From Flavobacteriales bacterium (lineage in GTDB: Bacteria; Bacteroidota; Bacteroidia; UBA10329): a DNA stretch of 64,000 nt. Shown here one piece after another: positions 40,911 through 50,901 of this stretch; within the stretch, counting starts at the first letter, position 1, and every line of letters begins with the position of its first letter. The notes under the pieces are model-generated. The model ran no database searches, was not told the origin of the DNA, and saw nothing but the letters and a program-made list of their open reading frames with translations. The stretch lies in assembly GCA_021739695.1 (NCBI GenBank), contig JAIPBM010000023.1, positions 1,156 through 65,155 of the forward strand. The letters are read 5' to 3'. Both the position numbers and the translations under genes were made by a program.

Positions 40911-43079
40911 GTGAATCAGAAGATACTATTTGTAACTCCTCCGTTCACACAGCTGAATACGCCCTATCCGGCCACTGCGTATCTTAAAGGCTTTCTGAAC
41001 ACCCAAGGAATTCCTTCTGAACAGATGGATCTTGGCATCGAAACCATTCTTCAGTTGTTTTCAAAACAAGGATTGGAGCAGTTGTTTGACGCTGCTACAG
41101 AAAAGATACGATTGGCCACTCCGAATGCCGAGCGCATCTATGATCTGCGAGAGAGTTACATCCATACCATTGATCCCGTCATTCAGTTTTTGCAGGATCA
41201 AGATCCAACCTTGGCCCATTTTATCTGCGGAAGGAACTTTTTGCCGGAAGCATCGAAGTTTGAACAACTCGAAGACCTTGAATGGGCCTTTGGCTCCATG
41301 GGAATCCGCGATCAGGCTCGACACATTGCTTCCTTGTATCTCGAAGATCTGGGTGATTTTATAGTTGAATTGATCGACCCTCATTTTGGCTTCAGTCGCT
41401 ATGCCGAACGCTTGGGCATTTCGGCCAATTCCTTTGATGAATTGTATGCCGAATTGAAGGCACCAACGAGTTACATCAGCGAGGTGATGTTATCGGTATT
41501 CGAGCAACGGATTTCGGCACTCAAGCCAACGCTGGTTTGCATATCGGTGCCCTTTCCTGGCAATCTATTTGCCGCCTTCAAATGCGGACAATGGTTGAAA
41601 CAAACGCACCCTGAAATTAAGATCGCGATGGGGGGCGGTTACCCGAATACGGAGCTGCGTTCGCTGAGCGATGCCCGCGTATTTGAGTTTGTCGATTTTA
41701 TCAGTTTGGATGATGGCGAAGCACCGATGTTAGCGCTTCTCGATCACTTGGATGGAAAGACGGAGCTTCCAATGCTCAAACGAACCTTTGCGTTGATAGA
41801 CGGAAAGGTGAGCTATTGCAACGGCAGCCTCAGTAAAGACATTCGGCAGGAAAAAGTAGGGACGCCTGACTATGCAGGCCTTCCGTTAAAGAAGTATCTA
41901 TCAGTCATTCAGCTTACCAACCCCATGCACCGCCTTTGGAGTGATGGTCGTTGGAACAAGCTTACCATGGCGCACGGTTGCTATTGGGGCAAATGCACCT
42001 TTTGCGATATATCGCTCGATTACATCAAAAACTACGAAGCTTCTTCTGCATCACTTATTGTTGATCGGATGGAAATTTTGGTGCAACAAACGGGCGAACG
42101 GGGCTTCCATTTTGTGGATGAAGCCGCTCCGCCTGCATTGATGAAAGCGGTGGCCTTGGAAATACTGCGTAGAAGGTTGGTGGTGAGTTGGTGGGCCAAT
42201 ATCCGATTCGAGAAAAGCTTTCACTACGACCTCTGCCGACTGCTTGCCGCATCTGGCTGTATTGCTGTTTCGGGTGGTTTAGAAGTAGCTTCTGATAGAC
42301 TGCTGAAACTGATTTCTAAAGGCGTATCGGTGCAACAGGTGGCGGTTGTGAATGAGAATTTCAATAGAGCCGGCATTATGGTGCATGCTTATCTGATGTA
42401 TGGATTCCCTACTCAGACGGAGCAGGAAACCATCGACTCCTTGGAAGTTGTGCGGCAGTTGTTCGAAATGAATGTGCTGCAATCTGCCTTTTGGCATCGC
42501 TTTGCCATGACGGCCCACAGCCCTGTGGGCATGTTCCCTGCGCAATTCAAGGTGAAGACAGTGACGGAAGGAGTAGGCACCTTTGCAAATAACGACCTCG
42601 TGCACGAAGACCCGACAGGAGCCGATCACGACATGTTCAGCGAAGGTCTCAAGCGCTCACTTTACAATTACATGCACGGAATTGGCTTCGATCTTCCGCT
42701 TCAGAATTGGTTCGACCACGAGGTACCGTCAACCAACTTGCCGCCCGATCTGATAGAAAGCTATTTGGCCGATCTGCCTTATCGCGAGATGAAGGACAGC
42801 CACTTACTCGTTTGGATCGGTGGGCCAGTGATGTTTGATGCACAGTTTTCGCTACTTACCATTATTGGCAAGCAAGAAGGTGTGCAGATGGAATGCAGCC
42901 CCGAGGAAGGGGAGTGGTTGGCTGAAAAGCTCAACCTGATGGCACCAACCAATGCGAAGCCTATCACTTATCAATTGCTACAGGAAGCGTACGCAAACAG
43001 CGGCCTTCACGATTTTACCGCCTTCTGGTATGATGGACTAATGGAAGAACTGAGAGAAATAGGTCTGTTGATCTTGTAG
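40911..43079 (+). CDS. B12-binding domain radical SAM protein
   Basis: PPFTQLNTPYPATAYL, GGGY, GCYWGKCTFC, FVDEA, SGGLE, YLMYGFP. Confidence 0.88.
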   Translation: MNQKILFVTPPFTQLNTPYPATAYLKGFLNTQGIPSEQMDLGIETILQLFSKQGLEQLFDAATEKIRLATPNAERIYDLRESYIHTIDPVIQFLQDQDPTLAHFICGRNFLPEASKFEQLEDLEWAFGSMGIRDQARHIASLYLEDLGDFIVELIDPHFGFSRYAERLGISANSFDELYAELKAPTSYISEVMLSVFEQRISALKPTLVCISVPFPGNLFAAFKCGQWLKQTHPEIKIAMGGGYPNTELRSLSDARVFEFVDFISLDDGEAPMLALLDHLDGKTELPMLKRTFALIDGKVSYCNGSLSKDIRQEKVGTPDYAGLPLKKYLSVIQLTNPMHRLWSDGRWNKLTMAHGCYWGKCTFCDISLDYIKNYEASSASLIVDRMEILVQQTGERGFHFVDEAAPPALMKAVALEILRRRLVVSWWANIRFEKSFHYDLCRLLAASGCIAVSGGLEVASDRLLKLISKGVSVQQVAVVNENFNRAGIMVHAYLMYGFPTQTEQETIDSLEVVRQLFEMNVLQSAFWHRFAMTAHSPVGMFPAQFKVKTVTEGVGTFANNDLVHEDPTGADHDMFSEGLKRSLYNYMHGIGFDLPLQNWFDHEVPSTNLPPDLIESYLADLPYREMKDSHLLVWIGGPVMFDAQFSLLTIIGKQEGVQMECSPEEGEWLAEKLNLMAPTNAKPITYQLLQEAYANSGLHDFTAFWYDGLMEELREIGLLIL

Positions 43080-43102
43080 AGATTGCTTCGTTGGCCTTAT
43101 TC

Positions 43103-43139
43103 AAAGAAAAAGGGCCCCTCAGCTTTCGCCAAAGGACCC
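43103..43139 (-). terminator. intrinsic terminator of the LamG gene
   Basis: minus strand gggtcctttggc-GAAA-gctgaggggccc (with G-U pairs) followed by a T-tract. Confidence 0.7.
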
Positions 43140-43162
43140 CATCCACCTACATAAGATAAAGC

Positions 43163-44983
43163 TTAGTGCTTTATCAAGCGTTTAGATTCTACTGTTCCAT
43201 CTTTAGCTATTACTCGCACGAAGTAAACACCTGCCGGCATCATCGATACGTTCAATTCGGTAGCGTTTATACCAAGTACTGGGGTTGATTTCAGCAGCCT
43301 TCCAGAAATGTCGAGCAATTCAATTTGAGATAGGTCTGTGCCATTTACGGTAACCACCGTTGAAGCTGGATTCGGATAAATGGTCATGGTTTGTTGTTTT
43401 TCGGTTTCGTCAATTCCTGTGCAAAGCGATACGTTGACGTTCACAACATCTGTGTATTGGTTATCGAATTCGTCATAGGCCTCAACCATTATCTGATGAT
43501 CCCCTGTTCCCAATTCGGTAGCATCGATAGTGAATGATGGCAGGTTGCTGTTGTTATGGGTCCATAGGTAGCTGCAAAGACCACTTGCAGCGCTTACTGT
43601 TTGGGTTTCCCCAGTACACATAACGAGGTTGTCTTCCGATACCAGATCAATATTATCACGCATCATATCTGAACGCAATTCGCAGATGCTCAAGGCACGG
43701 TCCCAAACCTTTAGGTCATCCATAACACCACTGAAATATTCACCTGAAGTACCTAAGGCACCGATTGTCCAAGGGGCAGTGGTAAATGTTGGGCCAGTTG
43801 CAGGCGTAGTGCTCTGGAGTTTATTTCCGTTGTGGTAGATGGCCATTTCGGTACCATCCCAGGTACAAGCAATGTGATGCCAATCTGTTCCGATGATGGT
43901 AGCCGTAGGCGCTATGCACCAGACGTATGAGCCAATGTAATAGTGGGCAGTCAGCTTATTGGCCTGAACGCGAAGCACGATATCTCGACCAGTTTGAGTC
44001 TTCGAAACAATGGTATGGATTCCTGCACCGTTATCCACTTTGATCCATGCAGAAATGGTGAATGCACTGGCTAGAGCTGCGTACTCAGTAATGTATGGTA
44101 CCACCGTTTTGCTGCTTATACCATTGAAACGGGAAGCTTTGCTGGTCTGACCCCAACGATCGGTTGCTGCAGTTACACCGTTTGCAGTCCCGCTATTTGC
44201 ATTCGGAGAGATATCCAATCCATTATTGTCTAATGGCATTTGTAGAACGATATTCTCATGCATTGGAACAAAAGCCGACATAAGACAGGCAATTTCATCT
44301 TCGGGTGTAGTGTAGGCTCTAATTTGAACATCATCTATGTGGCCATTCAATCGTTCAGCACTTCCAGTAGCAAAAGAGCCGATTCTCAAGTTTCCAGCAT
44401 TCTGAAAATCGGGTCCGCCAGTTAGCACAAGGTCTTTTTTCAATTGACCATTCACATAAATGCGCATCTCGTTACCATCCCATGTGGCGGCCAAATGTTG
44501 CCAAGTATTAAGGGATATGACAGATGAATCGCAGGTAACGAAGCTGATACCATTGGAAGAGTTAGTGAAATGAACCTGCGGCTTGCCCGTATCGTCAAAT
44601 CGGAATACGATGTCGCGATGACTGCCGTTCAATTTGGAGATGACCGTATTGTATTGTTGGAATGCCGTAGGATAGATCCAAGCAGCCATGGTAAAGGAGT
44701 TATTCATGATAGAAAAATCCTCTGGATTCGAAATGGAAACATAATGGTTAATTGAACTGAAACTCAATGCTCCTTGTGAACTTTGGTCTTGCCCTGTTGT
44801 GTAGCTCGGTCCGCTTACGGTAACCGTATGGAAGTAAAGAGATTCATCGATGGCAGAACCACTGACGATAGGTAGGTTCACCAATTCGTCCAGGTCAATG
44901 CACTGTGCTCTGACGCTTGCGGTCCATGCAAGTAGACTCATAATGCCCAAAAGGCTCAGTAAAAAAGGTACATGTTTTTTCAT
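43163..44983 (-). CDS. secreted tandem LamG/ConA-like domain protein with T9SS CTD
   Basis: two FT..AWI...W.H.A.TWDG...YvNG...G.iDD repeats; C-terminal IYPNP...GVYFVRV...KRLIK. Confidence 0.88.
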   Translation of the reverse strand: MKKHVPFLLSLLGIMSLLAWTASVRAQCIDLDELVNLPIVSGSAIDESLYFHTVTVSGPSYTTGQDQSSQGALSFSSINHYVSISNPEDFSIMNNSFTMAAWIYPTAFQQYNTVISKLNGSHRDIVFRFDDTGKPQVHFTNSSNGISFVTCDSSVISLNTWQHLAATWDGNEMRIYVNGQLKKDLVLTGGPDFQNAGNLRIGSFATGSAERLNGHIDDVQIRAYTTPEDEIACLMSAFVPMHENIVLQMPLDNNGLDISPNANSGTANGVTAATDRWGQTSKASRFNGISSKTVVPYITEYAALASAFTISAWIKVDNGAGIHTIVSKTQTGRDIVLRVQANKLTAHYYIGSYVWCIAPTATIIGTDWHHIACTWDGTEMAIYHNGNKLQSTTPATGPTFTTAPWTIGALGTSGEYFSGVMDDLKVWDRALSICELRSDMMRDNIDLVSEDNLVMCTGETQTVSAASGLCSYLWTHNNSNLPSFTIDATELGTGDHQIMVEAYDEFDNQYTDVVNVNVSLCTGIDETEKQQTMTIYPNPASTVVTVNGTDLSQIELLDISGRLLKSTPVLGINATELNVSMMPAGVYFVRVIAKDGTVESKRLIKH

Positions 44984-45050
44984 GATGTGTTGTTTTGTGG
45001 ATTAATATGCCACAAGTGTAGCCATGTGCCATTGGTACATTGGGTCTACT

Positions 45051-45083
45051 TCAACAACTGTTATGAAAGCTGTAATAAGTGTT
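45051..45083 (-). promoter_or_regulatory. putative LytTR direct-repeat operator upstream of the LamG gene
   Basis: tcaacaactgtt (45051) and gtaataagtgtt (45072), 21-bp period; the second 12-mer is identical to 47910-47921. Confidence 0.55.
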
Positions 45084-45095
45084 TGGAGCTTTGTA

Positions 45096-45152
45096 TGTTG
45101 TTCCGAGGAACAAGGATTACGCACTGAGATGCTTCCTTCTTCAGCAAGACAA
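45096..45152. repeat. degenerate REP-like palindrome (TGTCATTCCGAGGAAC...GAGATGCTTC...GACAA type)
   Basis: tgttgttccgaggaacaagga...gagatgcttccttcttcagcaagacaa; related fragment gagattgcttcgtt at 43078-43092. Confidence 0.45.
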
Positions 45153-45222
45153 AACGAAATCTGATTTCAGAATTTACTTTCTGACTTATGACTTGGGTCT
45201 TAACAAAATGGGCTTCCTTCCC

Positions 45223-45948
45223 TTATAGCCGTTTCATCAGTTCGTCCTTCTTTCTTACGGAAATAGGCACCTTATGGGCTTGGCTGAGGTGTACCGTCAG
45301 GTTAACCTTATCAATGCGGTGGATGTGTGCCAGATTGATGAGGTGCGAGTGATGGATGCGCGCAAATCCACTAGGGGAGAGCAGCTGCTCATATTCCTTT
45401 AGGTTAGTGGAAACAAGAATTGGACGAAGCATTTCCTTTACAAAGAAACGGGTGTATCGGCCATCGGCCTCGCAATGGATGATGTCTGCAATTTTGAGGA
45501 CGTAGATGCTGTCTAGGTCTTTGAGCACAATGCGGTCTTTTATGCCCGATGCATGTTGAAGCATTACATCTATCGGGTCTCCGCCAAGATTTACCAACTT
45601 GGTTTTGGCGCGCTCTATGGCCTCTACCAGATCGTCTGGGTCTACGGGTTTTAGAAGAAAGTCGCAGGCACTCATACGAATGGCTTCAATGGCATAATGC
45701 TGATGGGCCGTGACGAAAATGACCTCGAAATTCCGGTTGGGCAGTTGTTTCAGCAGGTCGAAACCCGTTCCATCGCCCATTTCCACATCCAGAAAAAGCA
45801 GCTCTGGCTGAAGCGTTTCAATGGCTTTCTTTGCTTCTTCTACACCACTTGCTTCGCCAATGAGCTCCGTTTCTGGAGCATACAATTGCAGCAATGCCCT
45901 CAGCGCTTCGCGCACATTCTGTTCATCATCTACTATCAGTGCTTTCAT
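45223..45948 (-). CDS. LytR/AlgR family response regulator
   Basis: IVDDE, FLDVEM, FVTA, LLKP receiver domain; ADGRYT, FARIHHSHLIN LytTR domain. Confidence 0.95.
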   Translation of the reverse strand: MKALIVDDEQNVREALRALLQLYAPETELIGEASGVEEAKKAIETLQPELLFLDVEMGDGTGFDLLKQLPNRNFEVIFVTAHQHYAIEAIRMSACDFLLKPVDPDDLVEAIERAKTKLVNLGGDPIDVMLQHASGIKDRIVLKDLDSIYVLKIADIIHCEADGRYTRFFVKEMLRPILVSTNLKEYEQLLSPSGFARIHHSHLINLAHIHRIDKVNLTVHLSQAHKVPISVRKKDELMKRL

Positions 45949-47849
45949 GTCTGTGTAAATGGGATTTTGAAAATTACTTCAGTCCCCGAACCATCTTCAT
46001 TGGCATCTCTTATCTCTAACGAGTATTTGCCTTTTCCTTGTCGGTTAAGCAATGAGATACGTTCTTCTGTGATGACGGTTGCAAGCGATTTCTTGTCTGC
46101 TACTTTAGGGCCTTCTTCAGCTGCACGTTTTCGGCCAATGCCGTTGTCTGAAAGCTTCATTATCAGACGATCACCTTCCAACTCATACTTAAGTGTGATC
46201 TTACCGTTATCCATGTTTCGGATACCGTGCTCAATGGCGTTCTCAATAAGTGGCTGCAGAATCATTGGAGGAACCTGAACTTCTTCTGGAATCAGTTGAT
46301 CATCAATTTCCACATCAAACTCGAAACCGTTGCTGAATCTCAGTTTCTGAATTCCAACGTATAGTTCTAGTGCATTCAACTCCTTATCGAGTGTTATCTG
46401 TTCTTCCTGGTTGTACTCGAGGAATGCCCGCATCACCTTGGCAAAATTGGAAAGGTAGCGAACGGCTTCGCGCAGGTCTTTTCCGCCTAGCATGTAGTTC
46501 TGCACGGCTGTGAGTGCATTGAAAATGAAATGTGGGTTCAGTTGAACACGCAAGGAAAGGAGGCGATTTTCCAGTGTTTCGCGTTCTTGCTTCAGCAAGC
46601 GCTGTCGCGATACGAAATAGATGGTTCCAGCTACCAGAAGTGCTATTACGATGAGGACGATGATCCAAATGTTCCGCTGTTTCACTTTCAGCTCCGATAT
46701 CTGATTCTGCTGCGCCAGATCACGCAGTTGCTGTTCCTTTTTCTCGGTTTCGTACTTCGTTTCGAGCTCGTTCAATATGCGGATGTTCTCTTCGCTGGCC
46801 AATGTATCAGCGGCATTCTTGTATTCAACCATATACCGATACGCATCCTCAAACTTTCCGGCTGCAGCGTAGGCCAAATGGATCTGTTTAAGCACAGATT
46901 CGGTGCGCTGTAAGGAGTGTTCGTTTTTGGCATAGGCCAATGACTGCTCAAAATCGGCAACGGATTGCTGAACCTTACCCAATTTCAGATAGGCGATTCC
47001 TCGGTAATGGAGTGCCGATGAAAACGTGTGGTCGTGCTTCAGTATACCTTCAAAAGAGAGAACCTCATTCACGTATTCGATGGTTTTCTGGTAGTCTTCC
47101 TTGCGATTTGAAATGTTGGCAAGATGATTCAGTATCTGGGTAGTGGTCTTTGAGGTTCCGAACTCCCGACTCTTCGCCAGTATTTCAAGCCCCAAGGTTT
47201 CGGCTGTGTCCAGGATTTCGCTGTTCAAGTAATTCACAGCCAAATTGGAGGCCAGCGTGAGAGTTTTCCGGTCCTTGATCACCCCTCCGCCCATCGCGAA
47301 GGCTTTCTTGCTATAACCGAGTTGTTCCTCCCGTTCACGGATCTTGCCGAATAGGATTCCGATATTGGTATATACATACGAGAGCATGCTGGAATCCTTC
47401 TTTCCTTCGAACAACTTGGCAGACCGGAGCAAGGTTTCCATTGCCTTCTTAGTACTATCCAAGGCCGTATATACCGAGCCGATGTTTATCAGTACCTGAG
47501 CTTCAGCCACCGTATCGTGCAGCTCAATGGCCAACTGCCTATTCTCGTTGAAATAGCGCATGGCCTCTGCAAAGTTGTTTTCTCTGATGTAGGTAACTCC
47601 CAATACGGAAAGTGCCTCCATTTTCCCTTCTGGGTTTTGGGTTTCTTCCGAACAGGTAAGCAGCCTGGAAGCGAAATACCGCAACGAATCGTTTGCATCA
47701 TAACGTTGCGAAAACAGTTTCACGCTGTCCATGTAAGCATGGCACATAGCAGTGTCTGCCGCTTGGGCATGGGCCTGCGATACAGATAATGGCGTGCATA
47801 GGAAACACGCCACAACAAAAGCCATGGTACGATGTAGGTGGATCATCAC
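45945..47849 (-). CDS. TPR-containing LytS-type sensor histidine kinase
   Basis: TPR repeats, KYETEKKE, TM helix, QLNPHFIFNAL, QPLIENAI.HG, DNGIGR, GTEV. Confidence 0.93.
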   Translation of the reverse strand: MMIHLHRTMAFVVACFLCTPLSVSQAHAQAADTAMCHAYMDSVKLFSQRYDANDSLRYFASRLLTCSEETQNPEGKMEALSVLGVTYIRENNFAEAMRYFNENRQLAIELHDTVAEAQVLINIGSVYTALDSTKKAMETLLRSAKLFEGKKDSSMLSYVYTNIGILFGKIREREEQLGYSKKAFAMGGGVIKDRKTLTLASNLAVNYLNSEILDTAETLGLEILAKSREFGTSKTTTQILNHLANISNRKEDYQKTIEYVNEVLSFEGILKHDHTFSSALHYRGIAYLKLGKVQQSVADFEQSLAYAKNEHSLQRTESVLKQIHLAYAAAGKFEDAYRYMVEYKNAADTLASEENIRILNELETKYETEKKEQQLRDLAQQNQISELKVKQRNIWIIVLIVIALLVAGTIYFVSRQRLLKQERETLENRLLSLRVQLNPHFIFNALTAVQNYMLGGKDLREAVRYLSNFAKVMRAFLEYNQEEQITLDKELNALELYVGIQKLRFSNGFEFDVEIDDQLIPEEVQVPPMILQPLIENAIEHGIRNMDNGKITLKYELEGDRLIMKLSDNGIGRKRAAEEGPKVADKKSLATVITEERISLLNRQGKGKYSLEIRDANEDGSGTEVIFKIPFTQT

Positions 47850-47888
47850 TGTAAATTTCTCATCTTCTTACGAAGAAATGGAATTCGG

Positions 47889-47925
47889 GTAATATGTGTT
47901 GCCAATGGAGTAATAAGTGTTGCCA
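47889..47925 (-). promoter_or_regulatory. 16-bp direct repeat with 21-bp period, putative LytTR operator of the two-component operon
   Basis: gtaatatgtgttgcca / gtaataagtgttgcca, 15 of 16 identical. Confidence 0.65.
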
Positions 47926-48138
47926 GCAGAAGCGGTTTATAGAAAAGATAAGCATGGTAAGCCACCTTCAGCAACAGCAAGGTGAAACGCTTTTTTACCG
48001 TTTGGGGCGTGGCCCGATCTTTGCCTTCGTTCTCACTTTCGTGTTGATATTGCTGTTGAAGTAGAATATTGGAGAGCTTGCCTGAGCAGAACTAGACTGG
48101 CGCGATGCTTCCTTATTGAAGAAGTACTTTTGCGCTTG

Positions 48139-48729
48139 ATGTCGCACGCATTCAGAACCATTTCAGAAGCAACAGAAGGCCTTTTTAAGGACAAGGGCTC
48201 CAAGTTCTTGGCTTACGCATTTCCGATTTCGAGTGTGGAGGATGTAAGACCGTATTTGGAACGATTGAAGTCCGAACATCCATCGGCAAGGCATGTGTGC
48301 TACGCGTATATGCTGGGAACAGATGGAAACGACTATCGGGCCAATGATGACGGAGAACCGAACGGAACAGCCGGACTGCCCATTCTCAATCAGATCAAAA
48401 GCAAGGATGTGACCAATGTGCTTGTGGCCGTAGTGCGTTATTTCGGTGGAACCAAATTGGGTGTTTCTGGTTTGATTCACGCCTATAAGGAATCGGCCAA
48501 GGAAGCCCTGGAGAAAGCCGTTGTTATCGAGAAGGTTCCAACCGTCACCATCACCGTTCAATTTCCACATTCGAGCATTGGCGAAGTGGAACGACTTATC
48601 CGTCAGAATGGATGGGAAGTGAAAAACCGAGCGTTTGCCATGGATTGCACATGGATGGTTGAAGTCATTGACGAACAGCAGGCTGCCGATGCACTAGCAA
48701 CTGTTCAAGGCTTAGTGCAGTGCGAATAA
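48139..48729 (+). CDS. YigZ/IMPACT family protein
   Basis: KDKGSKF, ARHVCYAY, NDDGEP.GTAG.PIL, VVRYFGGTKLG; TACTTTTG at 48125-48132. Confidence 0.92.
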   Translation: MSHAFRTISEATEGLFKDKGSKFLAYAFPISSVEDVRPYLERLKSEHPSARHVCYAYMLGTDGNDYRANDDGEPNGTAGLPILNQIKSKDVTNVLVAVVRYFGGTKLGVSGLIHAYKESAKEALEKAVVIEKVPTVTITVQFPHSSIGEVERLIRQNGWEVKNRAFAMDCTWMVEVIDEQQAADALATVQGLVQCE

Positions 48730-48756
48730 TAAGTAGCGCGATTGGTTCGTCAGTTG

Positions 48757-49269
48757 TCAATCTTGCAAATACCTCTCCTTCACCACATTCATGTGATGTA
48801 TTTCGTGACCGATGATGATGAAACCAGCGGCCGCGGCTGTCAGCGGGTTTCCATTTGCTTTTCCAACACGGTTCAGTGCCTCGTCCGTAAAACTGTTGAA
48901 TAGGAGCATGGTGGCATTCCGTACGCTGAAAAACTCATCGACCAATTCTTCCATTGAACGAGAATCTGCCGCAGAATGTGTGGCATATTGGTTCTCGTCA
49001 TAGCCGGGTAGAGGAGTGGTTTCGCCTCGGGCAATGGCCAAGGCACGGTAACTGAAAATGCGCTCGGTATCGATGATGTGCAGCAGCAGTTCTTTTATGC
49101 TCCATTTTCCTTCGGCATAACGGTAGTTGCCTTGTTCTTCCGTCAGGTTGAGCCAAAAAGCGTAGCTTTCTTCTGTGATGGCATTAAAGGCTTCGGACAG
49201 GTCGGTCTGCGGAACCAGATCAATATATCGACCGAAATAAGTTCCGTAAGTGCTTGGGTTTGGTTTCAT
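48757..49269 (-). CDS. DinB family protein
   Basis: YAEGKWSIKE.L.HI.D.ERIF.YR, GHE.HH. Confidence 0.9.
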   Translation of the reverse strand: MKPNPSTYGTYFGRYIDLVPQTDLSEAFNAITEESYAFWLNLTEEQGNYRYAEGKWSIKELLLHIIDTERIFSYRALAIARGETTPLPGYDENQYATHSAADSRSMEELVDEFFSVRNATMLLFNSFTDEALNRVGKANGNPLTAAAAGFIIIGHEIHHMNVVKERYLQD

Positions 49270-49409
49270 GAAAGTGCTTATTGCTCAGGTTACCTCATAC
49301 AAAGGGGTGGTAAAGATCGGGGGATTTATTTTCTGTACACCAACAAAATTCCTGATTAAATGGCGCGCTCTACCATGGCTATCGCTACTTCAGACCCTAC
49401 AACATGCGA

Positions 49410-49985
49410 TCAATTGGCGCATTCACTTTTATTGGTCCTTGAATACTCATTTGGGTCATACACTCTATTCGAAAGTGTTGCACGAACCTTTATGTTGCCC
49501 GCTGGTGCAGATGATTCACCATAGATCCATCTCACCGTATAGCTTGTTCCTTCTGGATGGTTCTTATCTAATGCGCCACTTGCATAATACGAGTAGCTGT
49601 AATGGATGATGTATTCGCCAAGATCCTCGTCAAATCTCAAAATTGTTTCTTTGGTTCTAAGGTCCGATGATGGGAAATATCCCAATGGAGTTTCGAAACT
49701 TGGAATAATAGAAGGCACCTCCGTAGTGCGTGCACGCGCACTGTCTTCCCATTCAAAATAGATGAACATCAGTGCGTGGCATGCAGCATCTGCCGTAAAA
49801 TCTCCATCCTGATCATAGTTGTTGATACTTCCAACAGCTCCTTGTGTGCTGACTATGGCGCTTTGATCGATGTACGCCTCCGCTTCGCATTCACAAGCTG
49901 ATATCTCATCATCTTCGCAACCTTCGCAACCGGAAATGAAGAGCGCCATCATGGCGTATCCTAAAATGTATTTTGATTTTGTCAT
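49410..49985 (-). CDS. hypothetical Cys-rich lipoprotein
   Basis: lipobox ISGC followed by EGCEDDEISACEC. Confidence 0.65.
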   Translation of the reverse strand: MTKSKYILGYAMMALFISGCEGCEDDEISACECEAEAYIDQSAIVSTQGAVGSINNYDQDGDFTADAACHALMFIYFEWEDSARARTTEVPSIIPSFETPLGYFPSSDLRTKETILRFDEDLGEYIIHYSYSYYASGALDKNHPEGTSYTVRWIYGESSAPAGNIKVRATLSNRVYDPNEYSRTNKSECAN

Positions 49986-50065
49986 CGTATCTAATTTGAT
50001 GGCAAGATGCCGTACTTTTCAGCTGTATTTCATGATTTCCGTCATCCGATAAACTGAGAAAATAG

Positions 50066-50389
50066 ATGTTCGCTAAAACCCCACCAACCCCGTATTACAC
50101 GGTCATTTTCAGCTCGCAACGCACAGATGTTGAAGAAGGATATACCGAAATGAACGATTCGCTTTGGAATGACGCGCAGAAATTGGAAGGATTCATTGGT
50201 GCCGAGTCATTGAGAGGCGGAGATGGATTTGGCGTCACGGTCCTTTATTTCAAAGACAAGGAAACGATACACGAGTGGTCGAAATACCAGAAGCACCTGC
50301 GTGCCAAAGAATTGGGAAAGGAGAAATGGTATGAAGGCTACCGCGTTCGGATCGCCAAAGTAGAGCGGGAGTATGGCATGGGCGAATGA
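50066..50389 (+). CDS. antibiotic biosynthesis monooxygenase family protein
   Basis: PPYY.VIFSS, GFIG.ES, H..A...G...WY..Y.VRIAKVEREY. Confidence 0.87.
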   Translation: MFAKTPPTPYYTVIFSSQRTDVEEGYTEMNDSLWNDAQKLEGFIGAESLRGGDGFGVTVLYFKDKETIHEWSKYQKHLRAKELGKEKWYEGYRVRIAKVEREYGMGE

Positions 50390-50464
50390 ACTTGAGATCA
50401 GAAATAGCTATTAGACCTCCTAACTCCTAAGCACTACTTTAGCGCGCCTAAATATCCCAGAAGC

Positions 50465-50752
50465 ATGACATTACTAAGCGCCTTCCGAATCCTAGCCATT
50501 TTAGAAGGCATCAGCTATCTGTTGTTCGGTATTACCATGCCGCTTAAGTATGTGTATCAGATTCTTGAGCCCAACTACTATGTTGGAATGGCCCATGGTT
50601 TTCTGTTCATGTCCTATTGTGTTTTAGGCCTAAGTGCCGCTATCCATTACAAATGGAAATTCGGTTTTAGCTTCATGGTCTTCGCTGCTTCCTTGGTTCC
50701 CTTTGGCACCTTTTACTTAGATGCCAAGTACCTGAAATACAAGGCGCATTGA
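50465..50752 (+). CDS. DUF3817 family membrane protein
   Basis: FR..A.LEGISYLL, MPLKY, GMAHG.LF, ASLVPFGTF. Confidence 0.87.
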   Translation: MTLLSAFRILAILEGISYLLFGITMPLKYVYQILEPNYYVGMAHGFLFMSYCVLGLSAAIHYKWKFGFSFMVFAASLVPFGTFYLDAKYLKYKAH

Positions 50753-50901
50753 CGGTTCCTGTGTAGCGTGGAATGGGCAACAACCTTTCTGCGCTTCAAG
50801 ACACTTGATAAAGCATAGCGATCTTTCAACAATTGACCGCTGAATTACGTTTTCACTACGGGATTCACATAGATTCGCAACGCAAAAAATAAAAAGCTTT
50901 G

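Noticed and set aside
45160..45195. Short ctgatt/ctgactt/tgactt repeats
   Set aside because: Too short and degenerate to support a call.
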